Shown: positions 1-12,300 of the stretch, piece by piece | Position numbering within the stretch: the first letter of the stretch is position 1 | Layout: each line of letters begins with the position of its first letter | NCBI GenBank assembly: GCA_035221665.1 | Contig: JAVHYY010000086.1 | Location: 372,001 to 436,000, forward strand | Direction: 5' to 3' | Source of the DNA: Okamejei kenojei | Lineage: Eukaryota | DNA: 64,000 nt | The notes under the pieces: generated by a model | Databases searched by the model: none | What the model saw: only the letters and a program-made list of their open reading frames with translations | What the model was told of the DNA's origin: nothing | Program-made: the position numbers and the translations under genes

Positions 1-215
1 AATTCCCTGCCACAAGAGGGTAGTGGAGGCCAAATCACTGGATGGATTTAAGAGAGAGTAGGAAAGAGCTGTAGTCGAGTCAAGGGATATGGGGAGAAGT
101 CAGGCACGGGTTATTGATAGCGGACGATCAGCCATGATCACAATGAATGGCGTTGCTGGCTCGAAGGGATGGATGGCCTCCTCCTGCACCTACGTTCTAC
201 GTTTCTATGTTTCTA
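1..215 (+). mobile_element. CR1 LINE 3' end fragment
   Basis: Matches the 3' end of the long CR1 copy (44150-44368), e.g. GATCAGCCATGATC...GAATGGCG...GGCTCGAAGGG, and ends in a TTTCTATG-type tail at 201-215. Confidence 0.8.
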
Positions 216-2552
216 ACTGCTCTGTCGCAGAGGACTCTTCACGGACTGTTCCCAGGGACGCATTCAGAGGCCGTCATTCGGGTGCTGCTGGAAGGTCATC
301 AACTCGGTGAAAGACGCTCTTTGGTGTGCCTGAGCTTTGTTGATCTCCCAGCAAAGCGAGATGTCCGTCGGGGAATGCTGCCGACTGCCCTGCTGCAGAC
401 TGCAGGAGTGCAGCAAACGCCAAGGCTCTGTGGGGAGGACCACAGTCTCGGGTCTTTCCGCTGCTGGGCATGGGGAAGAATGTGGTGGAGTCGCCCCTCA
501 AAATAATGGAAGGGATTCCACGACAGTGGGCCACATGAGTGGCAAGATTGGGAGGTAAAATTGTGCAATTTATGTAAACGTTATTGAATGTATGTTTAGC
601 CTCCGAGAATGTCGGATGGGTTTTTGGAATGGTCATGTATTGTAAATATTTATTTCTCGGATAAAGTATATTTTGATATACAAACACTATGACTGTTTCC
701 ACGATTGACAATAATCACAGTTATTTTTCCCATAGTCGGGGTCTGCTAAGGCTGAACCATTTCCATGTAAAGACGCAGTCAAATGTTGCGATTTCTTAAT
801 TTATGGCTGCTCCTCCGCAACTGCCCTGATATTCGCGTCACTCCGCGACAAAGTGAGCGAGGGTGCTTTTGAATTATCCTCCAATCTCCAATGGTTTGTT
901 TACATGACGTACAACACGTTGTATAGTTAGCATATTGGAAAAGATGATTTGTGGATCATTGTTAACCTATATTTTCTTTGATTTTGGAGATATATTAGGA
1001 ATTTTTCATCTCAATATTAACTTGACTCTGAAACCCCTGGCCGCCAGATAATGTTTATGTATTTTGCATAAGTATATCATTTTAAATTTTAGTGAGCTGC
1101 TGACTGTTCACGTGCTGGCGGCGACGCGGATACTACACAGAGTGAACGGTGCGCGGTCCAATAGTGATTCCACTGGAGACAGAAACAAACCGCCATACTC
1201 CCTGACCACGAACGGAATCCAGGCAGCAACAGACTGTGCGCAGAATGCAGAACACCAGACCGCTCGATATACTGCTGCAACTCATGGAAATTCCAAACCT
1301 ATTTTGCCGGCTAGCTGTGGTTAAATTTCAACAATCACCCAGCTGCACTCTTTATAAAAACAAATCACACATTTTGTCGGCACATGTGGCTGCTTCAAAG
1401 CTTATGAGTCCCAGGATCAATCCTGTAGTCGGGTGATGTCTGAGTGGAGTTTTCCCGTCTCTCTGCGACCGTGTCGGTATCGTCCTGGTGTTCTGATTTC
1501 CTCCCGTATCCCAAATGCGTGTGATTTTGTTTAGGTTAATTGGCCTCTGTAAACATGCACAAAGTGTGTAAGGAATAGATGGAAAAGTGGAATAACATGG
1601 AACAAAATAGATCGGGTCATCGATGGTCGGCGTGGACTAGGTGGTATGACGTCATCAGGAATGAATTTCATATGCCAAAACATGGCAGATGAAGGTGAGT
1701 GGAACTGAAAACATTGATGGGAACATGGCTCCTTGCACATCCTTCTGGCTTTGTTTTAACTTACATCATATAGAAATCACGTGAATTTCTTAAAGAAAAT
1801 ATCAAATCATCATAATAACTCCTTTTTTCTCGACATTGCCGAAGCGACTGCACAAATGTCCACTGCCTGTCGACTTTGGACGGATGCCGTTAATACTGTG
1901 GTGATTTGTTTTTATCATGGCATCATATAGTCTTACAGCGTGGAAACACACCCACACCGGCAAACATGTTCCATCTACACTAGTCCTACCTGCATGCGTT
2001 TCGCCCATATCCCTCAACATCTCTTCTATGCCATGTACATGTCAACGTTCTTCTTAAACTTTGCGATTGTGCCTGCCTGAAGTACTTCCACCGGAAGCTC
2101 GTTCCAAACGCAAACCCCCTTTGTATGAAAAGTTCCCCTTCTGGTCTGTATTCAATCTTCCTCCCCACTCAACTTAAATCTACGGTCTCTGTTTCTCGAC
2201 CCCCAAGAGACTCTGTGAGTTTAACCGATCTATTCCATTTGTGAATATGCACCTTATTGTTGTTTTGTTTATCAATCTCAGGCTTCGCACCTTCACTACC
2301 GGTTACCAGAACAAGTATGCCTTTCTCAACCACGGTTGATTCAAGCGGATGCGAGTACTCCGGGTGAAAAGCTGGCTTCCGGCTACGTGTATTTCAATTG
2401 GATGAGACCCCGCTGCCCACCCACATCTCTGACTGCATCACTGGGGCACAGGGCAGTGACAGAGAATATCCAGAGACCAGCATACTGAGAAAACGCTCCA
2501 GTTTGTGTCTCTTCAAGTTTGGAACTCAGCTAGTACAGAGTGAACTGGTAAG

Positions 2553-3022
2553 ATGCGTTTCATCAGCAACTGCGTTGTGTGGGGAGCGTTTCTAACAGGT
2601 AATTCTTGATCAATATATTCAGTTCCCTCGCCTTTCTCAGTCAGGTTTTGGTTTGAGAAGTGCAATCTCATGGCGCTCCGGTGTCTGTTGCTATATCAAT
2701 ATATTTATTTTACAGTCACGATTCATGGAGAATCTGTCACACAGCCAATGCCCTGGGCGACGAAGTCAAAAGGAGAAGCGGTGATTTTAACCTGTAACTA
2801 TGATACCACATGGACTGGATATACTTTATTCTGGTACCGACAATATCCAGGCATGCAGCCCGAGTTTACTATGTCGAGAGACACTAGCAACAATGAAGAC
2901 AAGGCCCAATACGCTGATACTCGTTTCTCTATTGAACTCAATACCGCGACTAAGTTCACCAGCTTGAGTATCTCAGGGCTGGATCTCAGCGACTCTGCAG
3001 TCTATTACTGCGCACTGAGGCG
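2553..3022 (+). CDS. TCR alpha/delta V gene segment, germline, apparently functional: leader exon 2553-2598, V exon 2716-3022
   Basis: Leader MRFISNCVVWGAFLT ends at a phase-1 GT (2599). Acceptor TTTTACAG ends at 2715. The V exon reads VTIHGESVTQ...LTC...FWYRQYPG...DSAVYYCALR with both canonical Cys and the Trp, followed by an RSS. TRAV versus TRDV usage cannot be determined from sequence alone. Confidence 0.93.
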
Positions 3023-3060
3023 CACATTGATGCAAACAAGTTAAGCCCCTTACAAAAACA
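3023..3060 (+). promoter_or_regulatory. V recombination signal sequence (22-nt spacer, 23-class)
   Basis: Heptamer CACATTG 3023-3029, spacer 3030-3051, nonamer ACAAAAACA 3052-3060. Confidence 0.9.
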
Positions 3061-3977
3061 TCGCCTTTGTCTTGCTCTCTGCTTCGCTGATGCGGTTGGG
3101 TGTGCCTGTTTTCCTGTACTCTTTCAGTTGTCGGTTGCTTTCATTCTGTGCAGGTGTCCTGGTGGTTTTAATGTTTCCAACTGCGAGCTGCTTCTCCGGA
3201 ATCCGGCTCCATATCATTAGCCGCTAGCCGCAGAGAATTACAAGAGCTCTTACGACACTTGGCAGCGGGATAGGAAATGTGACCAGTTTTCTGAAACGTT
3301 TGTTCTGTTTCACTCTCCCTGGGACCAGGATAGCCTGCCTAATAACTGTATATTTTTCTGTTTTAATTATAGAACCAAGGGTGTCACTGGATGGAGGATG
3401 GACTGGCCCGGAAATGTCAGAATTACGTTGACCAATTCCACTTCACCGACACCCTGACAGACTTTCTAATTTCAGATGGTGGTTGGTCTTCACTAATAGC
3501 AGCAAAATTGACCAGGATGCGGGAAGAATAGGAAGTCTATAAGCCAAAATATACTACCGCAAATGGCGGATTAGCAGTAATGCAGATGGGTAGTCCCCAT
3601 TGGGCTCTGCTGAGTAATCCAGATCTGAGTCGCTGGATATATCACTGGACACCAGATGCACAGCTACAGCAACTGCTAAAGTAAATCCCCTGATGGATAT
3701 TCACGCGAGGGCAGTATAATGAAACACTTTAAATACGCCTGGCGCATTGCCCAATGGGCGACTGCACAAATGTGCAAATATCTTAAAGCAGTAATTACTT
3801 TTTGCTCAATGAGCCGGTGCTGAAATACTTCTCTTCATCGCTAAAGTCTGGGAATTCCTCCCCAGCGGCGACATGACAACGCCTTCACTAGAAGCTTGTT
3901 CCAGATCATAGCTCTACTATACCCCCTCGAGGGAGTTCGCAAAAATGATAGGATGAGCAGGTTAGGACTAAATTAGG

Positions 3978-5100
3978 CAGCATAGTGTCGTAGCTGTAGA
4001 GTTGCTCCCTACACTGTCTGAGACCCGCGTTAGAACCTGAGTACGGTGCTGTCAGTAACGATTTTGCAAGTTCTCCCCATTGGATAAGACGACGGCGCCT
4101 CGCGGCAGCGGCCTCTGCAGTCCGTCTGTCTTTTCTTTCTTTATGTCTTGATAGGTGTATGTTTTGGTTTAAGTTTTATATTATTTTTAGCTGTGTACAT
4201 ATGTGGGGGAGGGGCGGAGGTGCGGGGGCAGGGGGACTGTTAAATCTCTTCCCTGTACGAGGACTCGAATTTTTCCCTGTCGAGTCTACGTTGTCGTTAG
4301 GGCCTAACATCGTGCAGCCGGCGGCCTCCAACCGGTATCAACCTGGGGCTCCAGTCACACAGCCTGCGGACTCACCATCGCGGAGCTGGCCGACTTCGGA
4401 GCGAGGAGCGCTGTGGTGGCGCGCGGCTGCGACCCGACTTCGGAGTTGCGGGGGCTCCGGCTGCAGGCCCTGTGGACGGTAACATCAGGAGCTCGCGGGT
4501 CCCTGATAGGAGACCGCTTTTCGGAGCTCACGCAAAGGGAACTTCTCCCGCCCGAATCGAGGGGTTTAAATCGACCCTTAGCAGGGCCTTATATCGCCCA
4601 GCGCGGCTTAAACCACCGCGGACTTACCATGGCCCGCCGGGGGCTCTAACATCAAAAGCCTCGATCAGCTCGATGCTGCAGTTTGACTGTTTGACTGCGG
4701 GAGAAGAATAAAAGCAGAGCACAGGGAAGAGATAATCTTTTTGCCTTCCATCACAGTGAGGAGGTGTTTGGAAATTCACTGTGATGGATGTTTGTGTGGA
4801 ATTGTGTTAATTGTGTGTTTTGTTTTTCTGTTATGACTACTGGAACGTAATTTCGTTTGAACCTATGTTTAAATGACAATACACGACATTCTGATTCTGA
4901 TTCTGATTCTGATGACTGCCTGGGTTTTCACCGGGTGCTCCGGTTTCCTCCCAGACACGAAATAGGTACAGAAATATGGATTATTTTTAATGTCTGTAAA
5001 TTGTCACTTGTCTCCAGCTTGTAGTATAATGCTATTGTATGGGGTGATCGTTGGTAAGCGTGGATTCTGTGGGACGAAGGGTCTGTTTCTGATATCTTGA
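3978..5100 (+). mobile_element. tRNA-derived (HE1/V-SINE-like) SINE split by a GC-rich non-autonomous repeat (about 4085-4912) ending in (ATTCTG)n
   Basis: SINE head at about 3978-4080 and SINE body (GGGTGCTCCGGTTTCCTCCC) resuming at about 4915. Relatives of the inserted repeat lie at about 27890-28620 (-), 49400-50070 (+) and 55810-56440 (-), sharing a CCATCACAGTGA...TCACTGTGATGG-like hairpin. Confidence 0.6.
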
Positions 5101-5334
5101 TCCTAAATTTCATGGGCGCAGGAGGCGGAGTGTATGAAATCATTAGCGGATTGGGCAACGTGAATGCACACGTGAATCACAGTGGGAAACTTTGATTCTG
5201 CTGTGTGGGGATGTTTTATGTTGGACTCTATCGCGTGTTGTGTTCTTTATTTTATTGTTTGGCTGTAGGGTGACCACACATTTCACTGTAACAACTGGTA
5301 CATGTGACAAATAAATGTAATCTTGTATCTTGTA

Positions 5335-5960
5335 TCGTGTCCTTTACCCAGGGTTGGAGAATCAAGATCAAGAGTAATTAGGTTAAAGGTGAGAGGGGAA
5401 ATATTTAACAGGAACGGGAGGGAAACATTTGCAATTGTGAAGGAGATGCGTATCACCTGGGGTACTTGTTCATCACTCAATGAAAGTAATCATGCAGGTA
5501 CAGCAGGCAATGAAGAAAGCTAATTGCACGTTGGCCTTCATAACCAGATGACTTGATTATATGGGCAAATAGGTCCTTCTGCTGTTGTACAGGGCCCTAG
5601 TGAGACCACACCAGGAGTATTGTGGAACGACATTCGTGCTATTGAAGGAGTGCACCGTAGGTTCGCGAGGTTAATTCCCGGGATGGACGGGACTGTCATA
5701 TGTATATATAATGGAGCGGCTGGTCTTGTATACACTGGAATTTGGTAGGATGAAAGGGGATCTTTTTGATAGTTAAAATATGATTAAGGGATTGGGCACG
5801 TTGGAGGCTGGAACCATGTTCCCGATGTTGAGAGAGTCCAGACCTAGGGACCACAGTTGAAGAATAAGTTGTAGGCTATTTAGAACGGAGATGAGGGAAC
5901 AGTTAATCACCCAGAGTGTTGTAAATCTGTGGAAATCGCTGCCCCCGTTGAAGAGGAGAT
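5335..5960 (+). mobile_element. CR1 LINE ORF2 C-terminal fragments
   Basis: Degenerate LYRALVRPHxEY and RVVNLWNSLP-type coding remnants homologous to 43680-44170. Confidence 0.75.
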
Positions 5961-6084
5961 CCAAGCGAAATCCAGGAAAAATTATTACTGGATACATGTC
6001 AAGTGAATCCAACATTGTCTGGAAGAGCAGTAGCAAGGTTGCAATTACAATATTACATTGCAACATGTGTTGATAAATGGTTAC

Positions 6085-6975
6085 AAGGTCATAAGTGATA
6101 TGTGCAAAATTAGGCCAATAGGCCCATCTAGTCTACTCCGCCATTTAATCATGAATGGTCCATCTCCCCCCCCCCCCCCCCCCCCACCACAACCCCATTA
6201 TCATGCCTTCTCCCCATAACCCCTGACACTCGTACAAAATCAATAATCCGTCCATCTCTGCCTCAAATATATAAATTGATGGCTCTTGTGTGGCAAAGAA
6301 CTCCACAGTTTCACCACCCGTTAATTAAGAAATTCGTACTTTTCTTCCCAAAGAAACGCAATTCTGTTCTGAGGCTAATGGCCGTAGACTCTTCCACAAG
6401 TGGAATCATCCTCTGCACGTCCACTCTAAGCAAACCTTTCACTAGTCGGTAAGTTTCAATGTGCCCCCCCCCCCCCATGATGTTTCCAAACTCCAGCGAG
6501 TACAGGCACATTGCCGTCAAACGCTCATCATATGTTGACTGACTAATTCCTGGGACCGTTGTTGTAAACGTCCTCTGGACCCTATCCGAGCTACCACGTC
6601 CTTCTTTAGATATGGTACCCACAATTGCTCACAATACTCCAAAAGCGGCCTGACCAGCGCCTTATACTGTCTTAGTATTACATACCTGTCTTTTTGCATT
6701 CCAGCCATGTTGAAATAAATGCTGGCATTGCCTTGCTTACTACTAATTCGATTTGCAAATTAACTGTTCTGGTAATCCTGCACCAGCACATTCAAGTCCC
6801 TTTGCCCATACGATTTCAGGATTCTTTCCCCATTTTGGAAAATGTCTACACCTTTCTTCCTACTACCAAAATGCGTAGCTCCACATTTTGCTAGTCCATG
6901 TTCCATCACCACTATTAAACTACGCATTCTCCAACCTATCCATGTCGTTATGCAAAGTCCCGGCTTTCTTACTCT
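6085..6975 (-). mobile_element. CR1 LINE 3' fragment
   Basis: The ORF track shows YKALVRPLLEYCEQLW and LYSLEF motifs; CR1 3'UTR near 6100-6230. Confidence 0.8.
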
Positions 6976-7189
6976 ACCTGTGTATGGATCATGCTCCCGG
7001 AGGAGGCAGTTTCATCGTAAAAGATTTTCGCAAGTTTCAAACATTTTGTGACAACGTACATGGATAAGATATGTTTAGAGGAATATGGCCAATCGTAGGA
7101 AAGTGGGGTGTGCAGATGGGGTACTTTGCTCAGTGTGGCAGGTTGGGCTGCCGGCCTTGTTTCACACGCTGTATGACACCAGGAATCTA

Positions 7190-7690
7190 TGCCAAGATCG
7201 AAGAACAACCTTCCCTCCAGCCAAGGCGTAAAATTTCTGGAATAAACATCCTAGTCTCCAACTCTACTAAATCTCTCTACCTCTTCATTTGGATGACAAT
7301 TCGGCATTTCGACGACTGTCTTGGTTATATTGTCTCTCGTGAAAACGTTCAAAACTTGAAATGTCAAATCACAACATCGTTCGGTCCAGAGAAATGAAAT
7401 ATCTAGACCTACACAGTCTCTCTCGGAATTGAACATCTCCAGTCCTGGCAAATTTTTTGTCATTAATACTCTGCCACTCCCCGGATTAATGCTATAATTG
7501 CTGACATATTGCGATCTGAACAACATTGCACGTGCAGTCCTCGCCAACGTCCCAGACCAGATGGTTAAACTCCACTTATACCCAACTGCCTGCGACTCCT
7601 GAAGCGAAATAAGCCCACACCTTAAGATGGCCGAGGGAAACAAGATCCTACCAGCCCCATACAAATTAAGTCGCATTGCTTGCAAGCCGA
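7190..7690 (-). mobile_element. Possible decayed L1/Tx1-type APE endonuclease fragment
   Basis: ORF 7251-7685 contains LISLQES...IWSG...AMLF...GRVL, resembling the LQETH..WSG..GILF..GRLL spacing of Tx1/L1 endonucleases. Weak match. Confidence 0.3.
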
Positions 7691-8299
7691 TTTCTCATGA
7701 ACAAGAAGGAGAAAAAGGCCCTGTTTCCGTGCTGTATAACATGCAACTACCACTTACAGTGAGAGTTTGTTGAATATACCTGCCCCTCCCGTGAGGAAGA
7801 GTTGGCGCTGCGTCACCTTTAAATATTTATCGTCTCGTTTTAGACTCCTGCCCTCTTTTAGAGACCTGTATCCGATGAACAAAATGAAATAGTAAGATTA
7901 AACGAGAACTTACCAGTTTGAAGTTTGATCTTTATTTTATGAGAAGTTGCGATGAGTGATTTCGTGAAGAACCCGCCAGCACGCATGCGCAAAATTCTTC
8001 AAAGCAGCGGTGTGGAATCACAGAATTAAACAACAATGACTAATATAGTAAGATTGAAGATACTCTAATTACCAGTTGACCTTATAGTAGAGGGTTTGGA
8101 GCGGAGGGCACGAAATCCCTCATTGCAACTCCTCATAAACATAAAGATCAAACTTCCAACTGGTAATTTCTTGTTAAATCTTACTATTTCGTTTCGGAGT
8201 CACGTGACTGACTTCGTGAAGATTTCAAAGCTATGTGATTACATGCCATGGATCACGTCCATGCTCACACACTGCCGCAATTCTGATGGAAGGAGTATG

Positions 8300-9381
8300 T
8301 TAACGTATTTCAGACTTGACAAGCTGAAAAATAAAGTAGTATCTATTAACACAAATCAAAAACCACTCACTCGGGGATAAAAGTTGATGGGTGACCAGTA
8401 CATAACACTGTCTCCGCAAACGTACCAGCAGCGGGCACAGGTTTATTGTAAAACCGCTGAACGTAGCTTCGCTAGCGCAGCCCGCTGTAGCGAGGATATG
8501 GTCCATGGGAACCTCCATTGTCCTCGCCACTGATGTGGATGCAGCCCTGGTAGACTGGGATTTAAATATATTAGTATAAATACCTGCTGCATCCAATACC
8601 ACCCTGAGCCACCTGGAGATCGTCTGCACCGTCACCCTGTGATGCGGCTTCTTATGGCTGATCAGCATCCTTTCTCCATTTTCCCTGATGGTATGCGTCA
8701 CTTGTATATAGTGCCGAATGTGGGTGGCTATGCAGAGCCTCACATCAACGGGGTATGCCGGAAATATTAATTGTAGCCCTGTAGTCCCAGGTCTGTGCTG
8801 CTTGAGTAACTCATCAATAAATAAGGTTACTCTCTCAGGGGTTGAGACAATGTTATCCAATTTTATCTTTTGCAACGTCTGAACCCGCTGAGCTGATGTT
8901 AGCGCCATTAACATCACCATATTCAGGGTGAATTTATCCAGTGGTAGTCCAATCATTGGCGACCAACTCCTGAGCAAGGTCATGCTACCACTATGTCATA
9001 GGTGATGTTCTATCGTGGTCGGAGAGGGTTCGAATTGAAGACACCCCTCATCAATTTGGACACAAGCTGGTGAGATCTTACTCCTAAGTAAAGGTAGGAT
9101 GACAGTGCGCTCCTGGCACGGTTGATGGCGCTGTAGCTGAGGCCCTCATCATGGTGCAGCCCCGCGAGGAATTCCAGCACATGGGGAATCGTGGTAGAGT
9201 CATACGTGATGTTTATCCGGCTGCAGTAGGCCTCCCATTTCCTGATTTGGTTGAGGTACTGTCGTCTAGTGGATACTCTGCACGACGCTGCAATGGTGTC
9301 CATGGTCCTAGGTGTTAGTCCATATTGCAGGAGTGGCCTCTTCGGAACCTGCAGGCCAACAGGTTCAGATAACCATGGCAC
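8300..9381 (-). pseudogene. DIRS tyrosine recombinase (SAM-like N-domain 9010-9381, catalytic domain 8300-8983), disrupted
   Basis: GLSYSAINRARSALS (N-domain); SAQRVQTL (catalytic Arg). The HSTR motif reads QSTR, GW reads GC, and the frame shifts before the catalytic Tyr. Confidence 0.85.
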
Positions 9382-9532
9382 GGATGGGATTCCCCTGTAG
9401 TGGGTTTAGTCACCAAATCCGGACACCTGTTAATATGTGCCCATGGTTTCTTTAATCATCTCTAGGACAACCGGATACTATCGTTATGTATGTCAGTCGG
9501 GTATTATTAAATGCCTGTTGCAGAATCTGATT

Positions 9533-11350
9533 TTATTTTCTGCAACACCCGACTGATGAGGCAAAATGAAGGAAATGCATAGAAAAACCATTTCCCCAGT
9601 GCAGCGAGAAAATGTCCATCGCTACTGCCCCAGGATCTGGTTCCCAAGATACATATGTTGGTATCTGATGATTCAATCTAGACGCAAAATGGTCGATGTC
9701 TGGTGTCCCAAATTTGGCGATAATTTTAGCAAATATTTGGGGATTCAACATCCACTCAATATTATCGTTGAACACTCGTGACCTGGTGTCCGCCACTGTA
9801 TTGAGCTTACCCAGAAGGTAGGTAGCTGATATCCAAATATTTCTGTCTCTGCACCAGAGCCCGATTGAAATGTCCAATTCATCACAAGATATTGACTTGA
9901 TACCACCCATATGATTTTAGTATGCTACCACAGTGGTGTTATTTATTTGAAGACGGACATGCAGTTGACGTAAATTCATGCAATAGGGCTCGTAGTCCGT
10001 GAAATGCTCCAAGCATCTCTAAATAGTTTATCCCTTGTGATAATAGAAGGGTACACTTGTGTAAATCCCATCTACCGCCACAACTGGAAGTGGCCGGTAG
10101 CTCCCCAGCCTTGGGAGCTTGCATCGGTTTGTACCAAGACTGATGGGTCCGGTACAATGATGGGATTGAATAAGTCTCGAATGTTATCAATCCACCATTG
10201 TAGCTCAACTTATTCCTTGATTGGCAGCTGCATAAGCCTGTCAAAATGTCCAGAATATGTTTTTAATGCTGAAATTTTTGTTCTTTGCAAATTGTGATAG
10301 TGTAGAGGACCAAATCGTGCAGCTGGAAATGTAGCTACTAACTTCCCAATTACCTTAGAAGCAGTCCTGATTGTTGGTTTCTTCACGCAAGCAAGGTCGT
10401 TATATGCTTCAATAACATATATTACCTTGTTATCTGGGATGGTAACAATCATTTGATTGGTGTTAATTGTGAACCCCAGATAGTCCATGACCTGTGAAGG
10501 GTAGAACTTAGATTTGTCTGGATGGATGGCAAACCCTATGTTTAGAAACAATGCCTTAGTAGCGGTTACTGCTAAATTTGTTGATTCCATGGTCTTCCCT
10601 ACAATCAAGATGTCGTCCAAATATGCCATGACAATATGGTTTTGTTTCCTCAGGGATGCCAATATAGGTTTCAAAATTGTTGTAAATAACCTAGGGGCTG
10701 TTGTAAGCCCATCAGGTCGGGCTCTATATTGCCGTAGCTGATCCATCCAAACATACGTCAAGAAATTTCGGTGATGTTTCCGTATGGATACTGAATAGTA
10801 TGCATCTTTTAAATCGATGCATGCCATAAAGCACCTTTTGGAAATCAGTGATATGGCTGTTTCAAACGTGTCCATTTTAAAATGGCTATTTGTTACAAAA
10901 GTATACAAATGGGTTAAATCAATAATAATCCGACATCCACCATCTTTTTTAGTTTTGGTAAAGATGTTCGATACGAACTGAAGAAGTTCGTGGATCGTTT
11001 TCTCTATCACCCCTTTTGCATGTAACCTCAAAATTTCCTCATGTCCCTTCCGTTATGTCCGTATGGGAAAGCGCAAATTTCCGGTCTGGTACATGTTGAG
11101 GCGGGAGAAGTTGATCATTTATGAATTCAATTTCATACCAATGAATACATTGTAAAATACACGAGTCTGAAGTCATAGAGGTCCATGCATCCCAGAATAG
11201 ACGTAACCTCCCACCAACTTGTGAGATTAAACATGCAGCACTTGCATGAGTACCACACCCCCTTAGCTCCATGGTTACCGGTGGGGCCTGACGTTCCATG
11301 CTTTGGTGTTCCGTTGTGTTGCTGGATTGTGGGGTTGGCGCATCTTCCAC
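9533..11350 (-). pseudogene. DIRS pol: reverse transcriptase, RNase H and DNA N6-adenine methyltransferase-like domain, frameshifted
   Basis: RT motifs CIDLKDAYY, GLTTAPRLF, YLDD and YLGF. RNase H motifs QTDASSQGWG, INYLEM and NTVADTRSR. MT-like DIDHFAS...WEPDP...DIFSLHW followed by a frameshifted YAFPSF (FPPF-like). Confidence 0.88.
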
Positions 11351-12300
11351 GCCGGTCGCTGCTGGCCCTGCCCTAAAAAAGGCTTTTGTTGTTGGGGTGC
11401 GGCCGGCGTGTAGGTCCTTGCTGGTCTTCCAGGTGGCCCCCGAGGTCTTCCATATGGCGTTTGTCTTCGCGCCGCCGGCCAGCTGGACGGAGGTGGTTTC
11501 ATCAAACTGACTGCCTTCGCCTCCTTGTCCAGGTCCTTGACCTGTTTAGGCAGGTCCTCACCGAACAGCTGTCTCGGTGGTGGCGTCGCAGATGCCTTGT
11601 ACAATCCCGCGATAATGGGGTTAAGAGGCGGCTTCATGGCGATTTTACGGAAAGTGTTGATTTCGTGTTGTGTGTTACAGAATAACGCCAGAGCATCTTC
11701 CTGCTCCTCCGTCATCTCCATACGGTCAACCGATCTGGCAAAGGCAGTAATCCCCGACGTTAGTAATTTCAGGATCGTCTGTAATTTAAGTTCCTGTGCC
11801 CTTATTCCTGGGCTGATGTTGCCCCAGATCGGCGTGTTGACTGTTGGTACGTTCAATGATATACCGTTGTTCGGGGCCTTGTACTTGTTCATAACTCGGC
11901 TAGGACCTGATCCTGCAGCTGGTGTGTAATAAGGAAGTCAATACTAGCCGCTAGCTTGGCCTGCAATGACTGTCCCGAGGGCTTGGGCTGTGCGAATTTG
12001 GAGACCACCATCCAGCAGTTCCGCTTGAGGTTTCTCTGGTGCTGCAGGTCCCTCCGCCGAACCTTCCTCCATGTCACCCAGCTGCTGATCCCTGGCACCT
12101 CCCACTGATGACGGGGACAAGCTAGGTGGCCAGTAGCATGTCTCCTGGAGCTGGAGGACATCCGGTCCTGCTGCTGGAGATTCTGTTCTAAGAGACGCTC
12201 TATCATGCGGTCTTACGGGCATTGCGACCGCCGCCGCTATCTGTGGGCAACAGGTCGACTTCCTCAGGTTCTCCTGAACCACTGAGGCTTCTGCCATCGG
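11275..12300 (-). pseudogene. DIRS gag-like ORF (ORF1), frameshifted
   Basis: KYKAPNN...VPTVNTPIW...LFGEDL resembles vertebrate DIRS ORF1; it lies directly upstream of RT inside the element. Confidence 0.7.

Noticed and set aside
4745-4790. CACAGTG...CACTGTG heptamer pair (also 28015-28046 and variants near 49909 and 55862) as possible RSS or D segment
   Set aside because: No nonamers at 12 or 23 spacing, the orientation is wrong for a D, and the pair is the hairpin of a dispersed repeat family.
8300-8983. Tyrosine recombinase as phage integrase or bacterial contamination
   Set aside because: It sits with RT, RNase H, gag and ITR/ICR structure typical of a eukaryotic DIRS1 retrotransposon.
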